A stretch of 64,000 bases of DNA from the human T2T-CHM13v2.0 reference genome, Homo sapiens (GCF_009914755.1 NC_060927.1), one strand, 5' to 3'; counted from the first letter of the stretch, positions 32,740-46,920 are shown. Made by a program: numbers and translations. The notes: generated by a model not told the origin, from the letters alone.

Positions 32740-33530
32740 AGGTTTTATCATTCATTCAGCTGTGCAGGCTACAAACCCAGGCATCATCCTCCATGTTGCC
32801 TTCTTCCTCATTCTCTAAATCCATTTGAGTTCCTAAAAATCCTAATTCCCTAGTCAGGCTACACTCACGCCTCATAAGGGCATTATTAATAGTCTTGAAA
32901 CTGGCCTAAAAAGCTCTTTACACTACACCAGTCATCTCCCATCATATGCTGAAAATCCTTCGCTGGCTTCTCGCTACTCTTAGAATAAGGATAAAAATTC
33001 TTAACATTACTTAAAAGGCACTATACTGTCTGGGCTCTGACTAAATCATCAGCCTTTTCTTGACCCCTCCCCCAACACATATACCCTTTCTCTAGGTTAC
33101 AGCCACCTTGACCTTCTTGCAATTTCTTGAAAACATATAAAATTCCCTCCTCCTGCCACAGAGCCTTTGCACATGATGGAACTACTATGTATTCCTGAAG
33201 TCCACCACCTTTTTTAGGTTAACTCCTACTTGTACTTCAGTACTCAAACCAAACATTTCCCCAGGGGATCCTCCTTCTCCTCCTAATCCCCTCACCAGGC
33301 GAGGTCAGCCATCTCTCGTGGCAGTATGAATCTTTTCTTTTGCACCACTTTCCAAGGTTTTAATTTTACTTTTTGTGTATGCAAGTATTTGATTAATACT
33401 TCTCTCCTCATCAGACCACAAATTCTAGAAGGGCAGAAGCCAAGTCAAGTTTTGTTTACCATTGGCAGGCCCCTGGCAGAGAACCCTGCACACAGTAGGA
33501 ACTCATAAACTATTTGTTGAATGAATGGAC
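32740..33530 (+). mobile_element. L2 3' fragment
   Basis: AAAATCCTTCGCTGGCTTCTC, CCACAGAGCCTTTGCACATG; ends CACAGTAGGAACTCATAAACTATTTGTTGAATGAATG. Confidence 0.7.
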
Positions 33531-33835
33531 TGATGAACAGATACTCAAGTCTAAAGCAGTCACAATTAAACAACCACCATTTCCACCTAGGATAACAAGA
33601 CCCCAAAAGATAGAAAACGAAGTCAGTATCTGGCTTAACTCTCATGCCCAAGCCTCAAGAGGAGAGCCCACCTTAAAATGGCAGGGGACTTTGAAATAGT
33701 ATGATTAACAGAAACAAGTAACACTGACCTATACAGAAGATGGAAAGATCTATGTGGCTCTGGTTTAAAAACAAAGCAAAACTGTTTTCACACAAACCTG
33801 GAGCAAGGTTGGATCTTTCTGATAAAAAGGTACAA

Positions 33836-33966
33836 GGCCAGGCGAGGTGGCTCATGCCTATAATCCTAGCACTTTTGGGAGGCCAAGGCAGGAGGACTGC
33901 TTGAGGCCAGGAGTTCGAGACCAGCCTGAGCAACACAGCAAGACCCTGCCTCTACTATTTAAAAAA
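33836..33966 (+). mobile_element. FLAM/Alu left monomer
   Basis: Single left arm. TSD ~AAAAAGGTA. Confidence 0.85.
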
Positions 33967-34927
33967 TATTTAATTTTTTAAAAAAGGTATGATAAGCCTT
34001 ACTTACCAGGCAAAATTTCTGGATTTGAAATATGCATCTGAAACCATGGATCACAATAAAGCTTCTGAAACATAAGGATATGTAGTGCTGCCACATTCAG
34101 AACACAAGCTTCACAACTAGAATTGTGAAAGCTTGACCTGTATGATTAATCCAGTATTTAATACAGAGTGGAGATCCTTTGCCAATAGTTTTATTCAGAT
34201 CACTAACTTATACAGCATTAAGTGAAGTCCTTTTAACTGTTATGTCCCTTAAACAAGCAGACAGGACAAATGCTGACAACTGTAATTTTAAATATCAAGT
34301 TGAAAGTGAAGTCAATTTCTTCTAGTAAGAACTAAACCCTTATTTTTCTGAAGCATTAGGATAATCTAAGGATAGAAATAAAATCTAAATTGGCTGGCAA
34401 GCTTATTTGGAATGGCACAAAGGTACTTAATACCATATGCGAGAAGGTGTTTTATTCTTTGCCAAAAGAATGTGTCTTTGGGTTCTTAAGGTGTCAAAAG
34501 TGACATCCACAAAGAACATCTTTGGGGGTGTAAATGCTCTGGGTTTATAGGATACATACACACCGAAAGTGGCAAGAGTCAGGAGAAGAGATGATCATCA
34601 AAAGAGACATCACTTTTCACCTTTCACTCTGTCACTTAAAGTATACCACATAATTACAAATCTGGGATGTAAAGTAATATCTCATCCATCACAAGACTAA
34701 AATCAGGCAAACCAAACAAAAGACAAACATGCCATGATATTAGAGGTGTATTCCATCACTTGATGTGCTACACAACTCAGAGAACAAGCAATTCTCCTGC
34801 CTCAGCCTTCTGAGTAACTGGGATTACAGGTGCCCACCACTACACCCGGCTAATTTTGTATTTTTAGTAGAGGCAGAATATAGAAGCAAATAAAGTAAAA
34901 AGTATGGTGGTGTGCACTCAAGGCAAT

Positions 34928-35238
<311 letters not shown>

Positions 35239-37218
35239 TCAGGTGAGATTTTCAAGAAGGGCTCGCATTTCAGAAAAAGACGGCCCTTATACCCTACATG
35301 AAATGAAATAAACACAATAATTAGATAATTCTTCAGTGCTTGAGTTTTCCCAAATATGAACTTAGCATTTAAGTCAGGTAGTTAATTTGACACTACAAAT
35401 GCAGTTTTTCTCATTGTTTTGGTGCACCATTTTATTATTTACATAAAATTACAGAGCAGAAAGAAGAGACCATATCATCAGGAGTCTTTAATTGGCAGAG
35501 ACTGACTAGAGTCCCCGAACCCCAACACTAATTTCCTGGCAGAGGCAATCCCAGCCCTGCCATAACTTAGGCTTTGAGAAAAAAGGTGTATGACTCTCTT
35601 TGAAAATAGGAATGGCTGTTCCATGAAGCAGTGGCCTTTTAAGCTTCTAATCAAATATCACATCACTAAAAAAAAAGGTATGGTAAGTAGCCACTAAAAA
35701 TCATTTTTGCCATCAATCCCTGTATAAAATATTTATGAAGCTTAATTTCATTCTCAAAAAATAATTATAGGTAGAAGGTCTATTACAGTTTTCCTATACC
35801 CCAAAAAGATTGTTTTATGTACTCCCTGGAAAAAGTGGACCTCCATAGGAAGCCACAGCAATAGAAAATTTAGAGAATAAATAAATACTCTAAATCACAA
35901 TTTCAGGATATTATAAAACTCTCCAGGAAAAGACAGTAAGACAAGCACAAAACAGAAAACATGATCCACTTCATGAAAGTCCTAATTTATCACTTTAAGC
36001 TTAACAGAAGTATAAAGCTCTTATGTGAAAAGGACAATAGAAACATGTAATAGCTAATATTTCCTTTAGTTTAAACCTTCCATAATGCCACACTAAATGA
36101 AAACATCTAAAATTGGATCAGAAATTTGCTTATATCCAACCATTAAAATAGAATTTATCAATTTCTCTCAATGCTCTGCTAATATCTATGTTTTCTTAAG
36201 CAAAAACAATTTCCTTGAAAGCTGTTTAAATTGAAACAGTACAAGAATAATCAATGAAAAAAACTGTAAAATGTCATATAAATCACTTAAAATCCAGAAA
36301 TATACCTCAAGAAGGTCCTTTTCCAACACTCCATGCCCAAAGATATGTTCCACAGCTCTGTTTATTATTTTCCCAGCTTCTATTTATTAAAGAAAGTAGT
36401 CAGAGCAGGAAATGGGACAAGTCAAATGATCACAATCAATCTCATCACCTTTGCAACATGCTGGGAATGTAATTAATCCTCTATTTATTTAGGGGACTTC
36501 ACACCCCTTACATTAAGGCAGCAACTCCCTGTTGGCTTCAGCTGAGATAATTATGTTATAACAAAGATTGGGTTTCAATCATAATAGACAGAAGAAAAAG
36601 GAAATTGTACTTGAAGTTGTCAGCTTTTTTAAAAAGCTTTCTCGTGACTCCATTGAAAGAATGCTCTTGACAAAGCTCTCCTTAAACAGAGCACTTTCTA
36701 AGTATGATAACCACACATATGCCACATTAATCAATGTAAGCCTTTTCTCTGAATAAGATGTTAAGACTATTCAAGCACAGTGAAAATTCTACGTGAAGTA
36801 GAGAATACTGGTTTATAAAACCTGACTAAATCAATCACCACCCTAACTCACTTGATCCTGTGGGTCTCCCTCCAAAGAGAATCCTCCAAAGAGCTTTGAG
36901 GTACAAAAATACACAAGAACAAGGAGATGAAGGAAAATAGCAATTTGCTTACTCTGTAAAAAGCCATGGCTCCACCAAGCCAAAACCAAGGACTTGGGCA
37001 GTCTACAGCCAAGTATCAGGGACTAAAACAAGAAAGAACAGAGACTTCTAACACAGCCACCCAGCCACAGCTATAAAATGGGCTTGATATACATACTACT
37101 CCCTAGATAAAGGTAGAGTATTTTCCACGCTTATTCACCTCTGAAAATGGTTCATATGTATCTCCACATCTTCTCCTCTAACCTCCTCCACCTTAAGAAA
37201 ATTAACATGAAACTATAA

Positions 37219-37497
<279 letters not shown>

Positions 37498-37804
37498 TAA
37501 GCTTTCTCTATTTTTATCAATGTATCATAATCATGATGTCCATGGTACATATGTAAGTAAAAATGATAAATGAATTATGTTTCTATTTCTAAAAATTCTC
37601 AAATACGTCAAACCCATTTTTTCCAAGTCTGGATTCATGATGATTAGAATGTTTGTATGTATTAAGCTCCTCAGGTATCTGAGTATCTCAACAATATTTC
37701 ACTTACCTTTCATAGCATTTAAGCTCTTGAATAACCAAAATGTCCAAGAAATTGAGCACTACTCAATTTCCAGTTCTTTAGTAAAAGCAAAACAAAATGT
37801 GGTC

Positions 37805-38031
37805 TCATAGAAGAGAAAAAGGACATTAGGTAAAAACTAAGAAAATCTAAATAAACTTTAGTTAATAATAACATCAATATTCGTTCATTAATTGTGACAA
37901 ATATATCATTCCAATATAAGAGGTTAACAGAGAAACCTGGGTAGGGTACATGGGAACTCTGTACTATCTCTGCAATTTTTCTGCAAATCTAAAACTATTC
38001 TAAAATAAAAAGTCTACCTAAAAAAAAAAAA
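37805..38031 (+). mobile_element. L1M 3' terminal fragment
   Basis: GGTACATGGGAACTCTGTACTATCTCTGCAATTTTTCTGCAAATCTAAAACTATTCTAAAATAAAA followed by an A tail. Confidence 0.7.
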
Positions 38032-38789
38032 GATACAAATTACAAATTAAAAAAAAAAAGAACAACAAAAATATCCCATAAACCTTTAACATTCAAATAT
38101 ATAATTCTTTTGTTAGTTTTTTCAATACACTTAGTTACAGGAAGCATTCATATCTTTATAAAAGGTTATTTTAGTCTTAGATCTGTAGGAACATTTGTAA
38201 TCCTGTGATTTATTGGCACATTTCTTGTAAGAGAAGTCTAATGAAGAGCAACAGTCCCCAGTGGGCACTGCTGAGCTACTGGTGATAAGGTACAGAACCA
38301 TTAAGTAAATCCTTTCTATATGAAACCACGCTGAATGGATCCAAGTGAATGGATACTGCCTTGTACTAATCTTTTCTTATGGAGATAAAAACCCACTTCC
38401 ATCCAGGATGAATTTGTGGATTTAATTAAAAATAAACAGTAAAACTAAAGAGCAACTTGACATGCCAGAATAAGCACCTTACCAAGAATGATTTTAATCC
38501 AAGGTTTAACTTGCTTGAAATTACGCACAATTGTTTCTTGAAACTTCTACATGCTAATCATTAGCAGCTAATTTAACACTTAGCATTTCACCATTTGTCA
38601 GAAGTAACTTCCCATACCAATGTAAAACCACCTAGAGTGTCTGATTATCGCTCTGCGTGCCTGAATTTAACAGATCCCCAAAATCACCTTCCACTCTGTA
38701 GATTTATTATAAACATCAGTGACTTGGGGGGTGGTAGGTGTCATGGCTTTCCTCCAGCTATGGCTCAAAATGGTACTGTGAAATTACAG

Positions 38790-39230
38790 CAGTGTCTTCT
38801 TGAGGTGGCTGTATGTCCTCCAGCTTCACTTTCTTAGAAATGCCACTCACTACTTCTGATCCCAGTGTGACCAAGGCAACTGGACCAGGAAAACACACTT
38901 ACCCTTGCTGAGCCAATCACATTCTTCCTCCCCTGGAATTACAAACAAGGGAATCTATCCCCACTGAAAGTAAAGACATGTAAACTCAGATCTGTGGAGT
39001 GGCCATCCTCCATGTGCAGTGAGAGAGAAGAGTGGCAGTGCCTTGCAGAAAGCAGCATCATGCAAGACCATATGCAAGAGCAAGCCGAATGCCTCACTTT
39101 CTCATCATCTGACCTCCTGGTATCCAGCTGTACTCTTGAATGTACAGTTCCAGGGGATAACCTATAGTCACCAATAAAGCTCCCCAGTTTTGCTGTAAAA
39201 GTCTGAGTGAGTTTCTCTTATGGGAACAAT
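38790..39230 (+). mobile_element. Old MLT1 (K/L-like) LTR
   Basis: GAGCCAATCAC, GTGGCCATC and CCAATAAAGCTCCC...GTCTGAGTGAGTTTCT motifs. Diverged. Confidence 0.5.
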
Positions 39231-39779
39231 TGACAAGAAGTAGTCATGAGCCGTGCTCCTGTATTCCCAGCTACTCCAGAGGCAGAGGCAAGAGGTTCAC
39301 TTGAGCTCTGGAGCTGGAGGTCACATAGCGAAATTCCACCTCTTAAAAAACAAAAAGAATTAGTTAAGAATACTGGCAGGCTCCGGCACACAGACTAGAG
39401 AGATAGGATTTCTTATCTGACCCTATTACTATAACATCGTGACCCCTGAAATGTTAACAGTAGACCCTCTTGTTCAACAATAAAGGGAGACAGCAAGGAT
39501 AAACTATGATCCAAATGCAAAAAGCCTCACATCCACTCTTGTCCTACCTATACACTGTAGCTAGAACAAGAAAATTTGTTCACCATGTTGCATACATGTT
39601 CTCCTTGTCTACTCATCTGCATGATGTTATTTTCCCAGCTTGAAATGCATCCACTCCGATTATTATTATACTTATAGGTAACACAGTACCATGTAACCAG
39701 AGAACATTTTTTATGTTTTGTGACTTAATTCATTTCCCTTCTTGTCTAAACTCTTCTTTATACATCTGTCCCAGCTGTG

Positions 39780-40700
39780 CTCCAAATGTTCCTGGCTCCC
39801 TCTTTACTGATATTCCTTAGAGGCATTAAATCAACATTTCCAAAACTGAACTCCTCACCTTCTCTCCCAAACTACACCTTCTTCATTACTATTTAATCTT
39901 GGCATATGCCACCTTTAACAGCCCAGTTAGATGCCCAAGTCAAAACCCACATCTCATCTTGGCTCCTCCCCTTCTCTCTCTCCCAGCAGCATCCAATCAA
40001 TTACTAAGTCTGTCTCACCTGCCTCTCAAATCTGATGACTAGTCTCCTTCCCCATTCTCACTCACCTGGCTCAGGCTATTTTTCCTGGATTACCCTGCTT
40101 CTTAACTGGCCTTTAAGTCTGGAGCTCTGAGCTCTGCCCCACCACAATTCATTCCCCACAATCACCTGATGGATCTTCCCAGAATGTCAGTCTCATACCC
40201 TCACTCACACAGGCAGTTCATCGCTTAAAACTCTTCAGATGCTCCATATTCTCCCAGGACAAAGGCCAAGCATCTTTAGGTGGCCAAGCCTCTACATGAA
40301 CCTCTAGCCTCACTTCTTTCCTATCCCTTCTGTACTATAACCTATGCATCCTGGGTTTTCAGGCTGTTCAAATGGGCCATATTCTTTTGTCTACTGTCTG
40401 AAATACTCTTCATCCCCACTTCCCCACCTGCATCTGACCAATTCTTACAAACCTTTCAGCTCTCAGCTTAAACTCTTCCTCTGGAAGCCTTTTCCTACAG
40501 CCCTGTGTCCTCTTAGATGCTTCCACAGCTCCCATACTTGCCCACTGTAGCCGCTATTGGGTATAATACATTACATCTGCATTTCCCACTAGAAGACCAA
40601 CTTCACAACGACGTGTCTCTCTTGTTCACCACAGTATTCCCAGCACCTATCTCACCACCTGGCACATAATAGAGCTCAATAACTACTGGTTGAAAAAAAA
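39780..40700 (+). mobile_element. L2 3' fragment
   Basis: CAAAACTGAACTCCTCACCTTC, CATCCAATCAATTACTAAGTC; ends CCTGGCACATAATAGAGCTCAATAA. Confidence 0.7.
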
Positions 40701-41582
40701 TACATGACTCCACTTTTACATGCAATTCTGATGTTGCACCTCTGCATATGAGTCTCTCTCACTACCTCATTTTGGCAGAGGAACCAGGAACAACAGAGAG
40801 CCAGAAGGAAGAGATGTATGTTATCTACCCTGTTCTTAGCATAATCCTATCCCCTTCAAAAGCACATGCACATAGAAAGCAACTCAAGAATCTAAAGCAA
40901 TCATAAGGTCTTAAGCTTTCTAAAATTTTAGAACTTCAGTGCTGAAATGACTTAGGTTTACTTACAACTGAGGAAATTAAGGTTCATGACTTATGAAATG
41001 ACAGATAACTATCTTGTGATATAGCTGTTTCCCTCTACAAACTTCCCACATTAGTGTCCAAAAGGTCAGAAGATTTCAGCAAAAAAAGTTAATTGCACTA
41101 TTAGAGTTAATTAACCATTAATCAGTTTAATGCAAAGAGGGTTTAGAATTTCAAAAACACTTTTTTTCTTTTTCCCCAGAACTACCTACTTAAAAAAACT
41201 ATACTAGAGAGGAAAAGTGTGATTTAACATCTTAATTACAGGTTCACATTTGTACTGATAAGAGTCAGGATTTTAGATTTTAGTTTCATTTAAAAACAAT
41301 AAAATTTTTCCATGTAGCAAAAACAAAAGAACACCGTTCTTGATCCCTTGTCATTTCAAAATGTGCTATGTATTAAAACCATACAGTTTTAATGTGAAAT
41401 TTTCTCAGTGAGCATATATGTACTCTTTTTATAATGAGGAATAAATTAGTTACTTAAAAAAAACTCTGTAATGGATATTATGTTATAAAGGGAAATGGTT
41501 TATAAGGTATTATCATGAGTATAAAACAGGCTACAGAATGGTATGTGCAGTATTGCTTCCACTGGTTTAAAAATGCATTGGG

Positions 41583-43006
41583 GCTCTCCCTCTCCCCCTC
41601 CCCCTCCCTCTCCCCTCTCCCTTTGCACGGTCTCCCTCTGATGCCGAGCGGAGGCTGGACTGTACTGCCGCCATCTCGACTCACTGCAACCTCCCTGCCT
41701 GATTCTCCTGCCTCAGCCTGCCAAGTGCCTGGGATTGCAGGCGTGCGCCGCCACGCCTGACTGGTTTTCATATTTTTTGGTGCAGACGGGGTTTCGCCGT
41801 GCTGGCCGGGCTGGTCTCCAGCTCCTGACCGCGAGTGATCTGCCAGCCTCAGCCTCCCGAGGTGCCGGGATTGCAGACGGAGTCTCGCTCACTCAGTGCT
41901 CAATGTTGCCCAGGCTGGAGTGCAGTGGCGTGATCTCGGCTCGCTACAACCTCAACCTCCCAGCTGCCTGCCTTGGCCTCCCAAAGTGCCAAGTTTGCAG
42001 CCTCTGCCCGGCCGCCACCCCGTCTAGTAAGTGAGGAGCGTCTCTGCCTGGCCGCCCATCGTCTGGGATGTGAGGAGCCCCTCTGCCCGGCCGCCCAGTC
42101 TGGGAAGTGAGGAGTGTCTCTGTCTGGCCGCCCATCGTCTGGGATGTGAGGAGCCCCTCTGCCCAGCCGCCCAGTCTGGGAAGTGAGGAGCGCCTCTGCC
42201 CGGCTGCGACCCCATCTGGGAACTGAGGAGTGTCTCTGCCCCGCCGCCACCCCATCTGGGAGGTGAGGAGCATCTCTGACCAGCCGCCCCGTCTGAGAAG
42301 TGAGGAGCCTCTCTGCCCGGCAGCCGCCCTGTCAGGGAAGTGAGGAGCGTCTCCGCCCGGCAGCCGCCGCGTCCGGGAGGTAGGGGGGGCGCCTCTGCCC
42401 TGCCGCCCCGTCGGGGAAGTGAGGACCTCCTCTGCCCAGCCGCCACCCCGTCTGGGAGGTGTACCCAATAGCTCATTGAGAACAGGCCATGATGACGATG
42501 GCAGTTTTGTCGAACAGAAAAGGGGGAAATGTGGAGAAAAGAAAGAGAGATCAGATTGTTACTGTGTCTGTGTAGAAAGAAGTAGACATAGGAGACTCCA
42601 TTTTGTTCTGTACTAAGAAAAATTCTTCTGCCTTGGGATGCTGTTAATCTATAACCTTACCCCCAACCCCGTGCTCTCTGAAACATGTACTGTGTCCACT
42701 AAGGGTTAAATGGATTAAGGGCGGTGCAAGATGTGCTTTGTTAAACAGATGCTTGAAGGCAGCATACTCGTTAAGAGTCATCACCACTCCCTAATCTCAA
42801 GTACCCAGGGACACAAACACTGCAGAAGGTGGCAGGGCCCTCTGCCTAGGAAAACCAGAGACCTTTGTTCACATGTTTATCTGCTGACCTTCCCTCCACT
42901 ATTGTCCTATGACCCTGCCAAATCCCCCTCTCCGAGAAACACTCAAGAATGATCAATAAACACTAAAAAAAAAAAAAAAAAGAAAAATAAACTTGTTACA
43001 TATTTA
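41583..43006 (+). mobile_element. Full-length SVA retrotransposon (older subfamily, short VNTR), antisense to SHQ1
   Basis: Degenerate CCCTCT hexamers 41584-41621, Alu-like region, GC-rich VNTR ~42000-42460, SINE-R ~42461-42964, AATAAA 42955-42960, then poly(A). TSD AAAAATGCATTGGG at 41569-41582 and 43007-43020. Confidence 0.95.
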
Positions 43007-43214
43007 AAAAATGCATTGGGAAACAAATACAGGAAATATCAAAATACTAATATTGGTTGAATTAGATTAAGTGACAAAGTGACTTGCTAAGGTCATACGG
43101 TCAATGAGAAGTAGAGCTGGAATGTATTACAGTTCATTATTTTCTATCCCACCTTATATAAAAAGGTGCCAACTATTTGAATGCAAGGACTTTTTTGCTT
43201 ATCTGTAGTGATGG

Positions 43215-43340
43215 ATATCATAAAAATTATGCATGGATCTTTTTTTTGGTCCATGCTATCATTAGTGTTAGTGTATTTTATGCGTGGCCCAAGACAATTC
43301 TTCCAGTATGGCCCATGGAAGCCAAAGGGTTGGATACCAT
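43215..43340. mobile_element. MER30-like hAT fragment
   Basis: GCTATCATTAGTGTTAGTGTATTTTATGCGTGGCCCAAGACAATTCTTCCAGTATGGCCC. Confidence 0.75.
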
Positions 43341-45591
43341 GGAACTGTTAAATTTCAGAGGGTCAGAACTATCACTGCTACTGATGGCAGCCCACCAGCA
43401 AAGAATGGGGCAACTTGTATATGTAGCTGAAATACCAATAAAAATAAGTTAGAATTGATTTATATTTTTAAAGTGCTACATTTAAAACAAAAATGAAAAA
43501 CGTTCCTTTAATCCGGTCTAATAGGTATCATTCAATTTGAGTAAAACTGATTGTGCTCACAAACTGTGATGGGTCCAGACAGGTGCTTATTCACATAGAC
43601 CTTAGCATTTTAGAGGGGAAAGAGATACACATCTAGATTCCTACAATATAAGGCAGGCATGAGAGGTGCCCAATGATCTCTCAACCAAGTGCTATGGGAA
43701 CATCCATGAGAAAGACAGATGTTTCATTCATTCCTTTTCCTATAGGAAAATCTCTCTGAAGAAAGGGCTTTTATCTTTTTTCTTCCACATGGTATGGGTG
43801 GAGACAACTGGTTGCATAAGTGGCATATCTTGAAAAATATGAAATCTGGAACCAGAAGACCTGACCTATCTCTTATAAGACATATAACCTCAAACAAATC
43901 ACTTTCTAAGGCTGCCAACCACAGAACATTTGCTGTAGTGAGCACCACACTCAAAACTTCCAGTGAAGCTTATAGTGAAGGGTGGTAGGGAGCGTTCTTT
44001 TCAGAAAAACAATTGGTAAAATCTGTAACTCAGAATGAGAGGCCAGGAGCTTCAGTTTCTCAGCTTTGCAAATATGCATTACAAGACACAGATATCATAG
44101 GGAAAAATAACATAGGGAAACCTAGTACGAAAGCAGAAGTAACAATAGATGTTGTTATAACTTCATCGATTCAATGTAAGAATGACTTTGCTACCTACGT
44201 TTCAATAGGTTTTTGCCAAAGCATATATCTGACTGTAAAAATGGAATGCTGTTTTTGTGCTAGTCAGAATTTAGCAATTACCTGGTATTTCAAACAAAAC
44301 CTTACATAGTTTTTATTATTATAATCAAAAACATCAAACTAAACTAAGAAAAATACATGGCTCTTTTCAAACATAAAAATAAGGTGCTAGATTTCACTGA
44401 TAAACTATATGTAGAAGAAATAAACCAGAAGGTAAAAGTGAGGAAAAAATTCCTTACGAAAATCATGGATCTACACTGCAGTAGAATTATTTAGACCTAA
44501 GAAGTTCACAGTAAAGAAAATACTAGAAAGCTCAATCATGTTGTGCTTGTAAAATTAAGAATAAAACTAGAAATTTTTATAAAAATTAGATAAACAAATG
44601 TTTTATTTCAAAAGAGAGAAAAAAATAGCTGGGCTACAGTTAAAATTTAACATACAAACTGAAAGCAACACGCCTGTTTAGGGAAAAGAAAGTTATGTTC
44701 AAATTGGTAAAGTTGAAAAAACAACTTTTGCAAAGTAATTTGAAGAGTTCCTGCTGGTTTCTCTCTCCTACCTCACTCCCCAATACATTATCCCATTTTT
44801 TAAAAGTACTATTAGCACAACAATTACAAAGAACCTAAGAATTTCACTTCATTTCCCACAACATAAAACCAAGAGAAAAAGTTTTTTCAGGGAAGGTCTG
44901 ATAATCCCTACATCTACTTGGCAGCCTATATCTTTCTTCTTTAATGAAAAATAAACTTCTCTCTAGCTAATAAAGAATATCACAAAGAGAGAAACAGGCA
45001 CTCACAGAAATGAGATCCTGGTACATACCTCAATATTCATTACATGTTTACAAAATCATCATTCCTAAAAAAAAGAAAAACCAAAACCCACACAAATAGA
45101 CTATCCCCATTTAATTTTATTATGAAAATGAAAGTAACAACAGGAAATGGCAGCAGGGTATTTGATAAGCTCAATTAGCAGGAGGATCAAATGAAGTGAT
45201 GACATGCCATTATGACCTCAGGGGTTAAACATTCAATTTTCCATCTGGCGAAATCTAGATTTCCAACACAAATGCTGACACCACCTGCTGTATGTTATTA
45301 GGCATTATCTTGAGCAATCCCTAAGCATTTTCTGTACAACAGGTATAGCCTCAAGTTTTTTCATATTTCATTCTGCAATATAATTGCTCCCCCATGAAGA
45401 GAAATAAAAAATAAATCCCATATAATGGCTCATTCAAAACAGACATTAAAATCCACACTAAAGCATTTATTTATCAATCATGGCGGTAGCAAAAATATCA
45501 AGACTATTTTTCTTCTAAGTCACAATTGACATTGTAGCTATCATTTTCTATAGCACCTAGGAGTCATTCCAATTAAGAGTTCCCTTTATAG

Positions 45592-45849
<258 letters not shown>

Positions 45850-46386
45850 TAATCGTTAATCTACTATGTTTCTTTGATTGACGCAATGGTAAACACTTTT
45901 AAAAATTTTTATATACCAAGTGCTGGAGCTCATTTGTGAGTGTTCAGACCCTTCCATACATGCATTATCAAGAATCATGCTATTAGGCTCTGCAGGTGGT
46001 AAGCCAGTGGCTAGCCAATAAATGCAGAGCTCTCATCTGGATTCAACTGATGCAGTTTGCATACTAAAATGTTTGCACACACAAACATGAATGCACATAC
46101 ATCTACACACACTCACACTCTACTGTAAGTGAAATACAGATACAAGTTCAGATACCCAGTCTTGAGATTTCATACTGGACAGTCAATAGCAAGGCAATCA
46201 ATATCACAACTGTTTTAATACCTGTTTTCCAGGACATACCAATACCAATTTTTTCTAATAAAATTAACTTTTTACCATCTGTGTACCTCCTTCCCTAAGC
46301 AAATTCACCAAGCTCCCCATGTTAATCCAGTTGCTTTTTAGTGTTTGGTAGGTCTATGGGTTTCCTTCTCATTAAAACTTATTCCT

Positions 46387-46695
46387 GGCCAGGCACAGTG
46401 GCTCACACCTGTAATCCCAGCACTCTGGGAGGCCGAGGTGGGTGGATCACCTGAGGTCAGGAGTTCAAGACCAGCCTGGTCAATGTGGTGAAACCCCGTC
46501 TCTACTAAAAATAAAAAATTAGCTAGGCGTGGTGGCACACGCCTGTAATCCCAGCTACTCGGGAGGCAGAGGCACAAGAATCACTTGAACTTGGGAGACG
46601 GAGGTTGCAGTAGCTGAGATCACACCAATGCACTCCAGCCTGGGTGACAAGGGCAAACCTCCATCTCAAAAAAAAAAAAAAAAAAAAAAAAAAAA
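46387..46695 (+). mobile_element. Alu (S-type), ~100 bp from the SHQ1 exon donor
   Basis: Dimeric Alu with a long A tail. Confidence 0.95.
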
Positions 46696-46799
46696 CACAA
46701 CTTACTCCTCAGGTTATTTCGTTTTCTTCCTCCTGGGTAAATAGGTATTTCAGCAATGTGAACATCTAAAAATTCGTAAGTAACTCTATGAAAACTTAC

Positions 46800-46920
46800 T
46801 TGACTTTCTGAATCCACACACAGTAGTCTGAGATGTAGAGATCATTCAGTATGTACGCTGGGTCATTTTCCTGAAAAATTTTGTGAATATCCAGGAGACA
46901 CTTTAAAACTGCACTTTTAC
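46800..46920 (-). CDS. SHQ1: SHQ1 penultimate coding exon (121 bp; probably exon 10)
   Basis: ttttctttag|GTAAAAGTGCAG...CAGAAAGTCAA|gtaagt encodes (G)[39 protein letters not shown](K), typical of the SHQ1-specific domain. It splices in frame to 4715 and is not represented in the ORF track. Confidence 0.95.

Noticed and set aside
41478-42952. Several 65-174 aa ORFs and a repeat array that looks CRISPR-like
   Set aside because: These come from the SVA Alu-like region, VNTR and SINE-R. The repeats are tandem with no unique spacers, and the DNA is eukaryotic.
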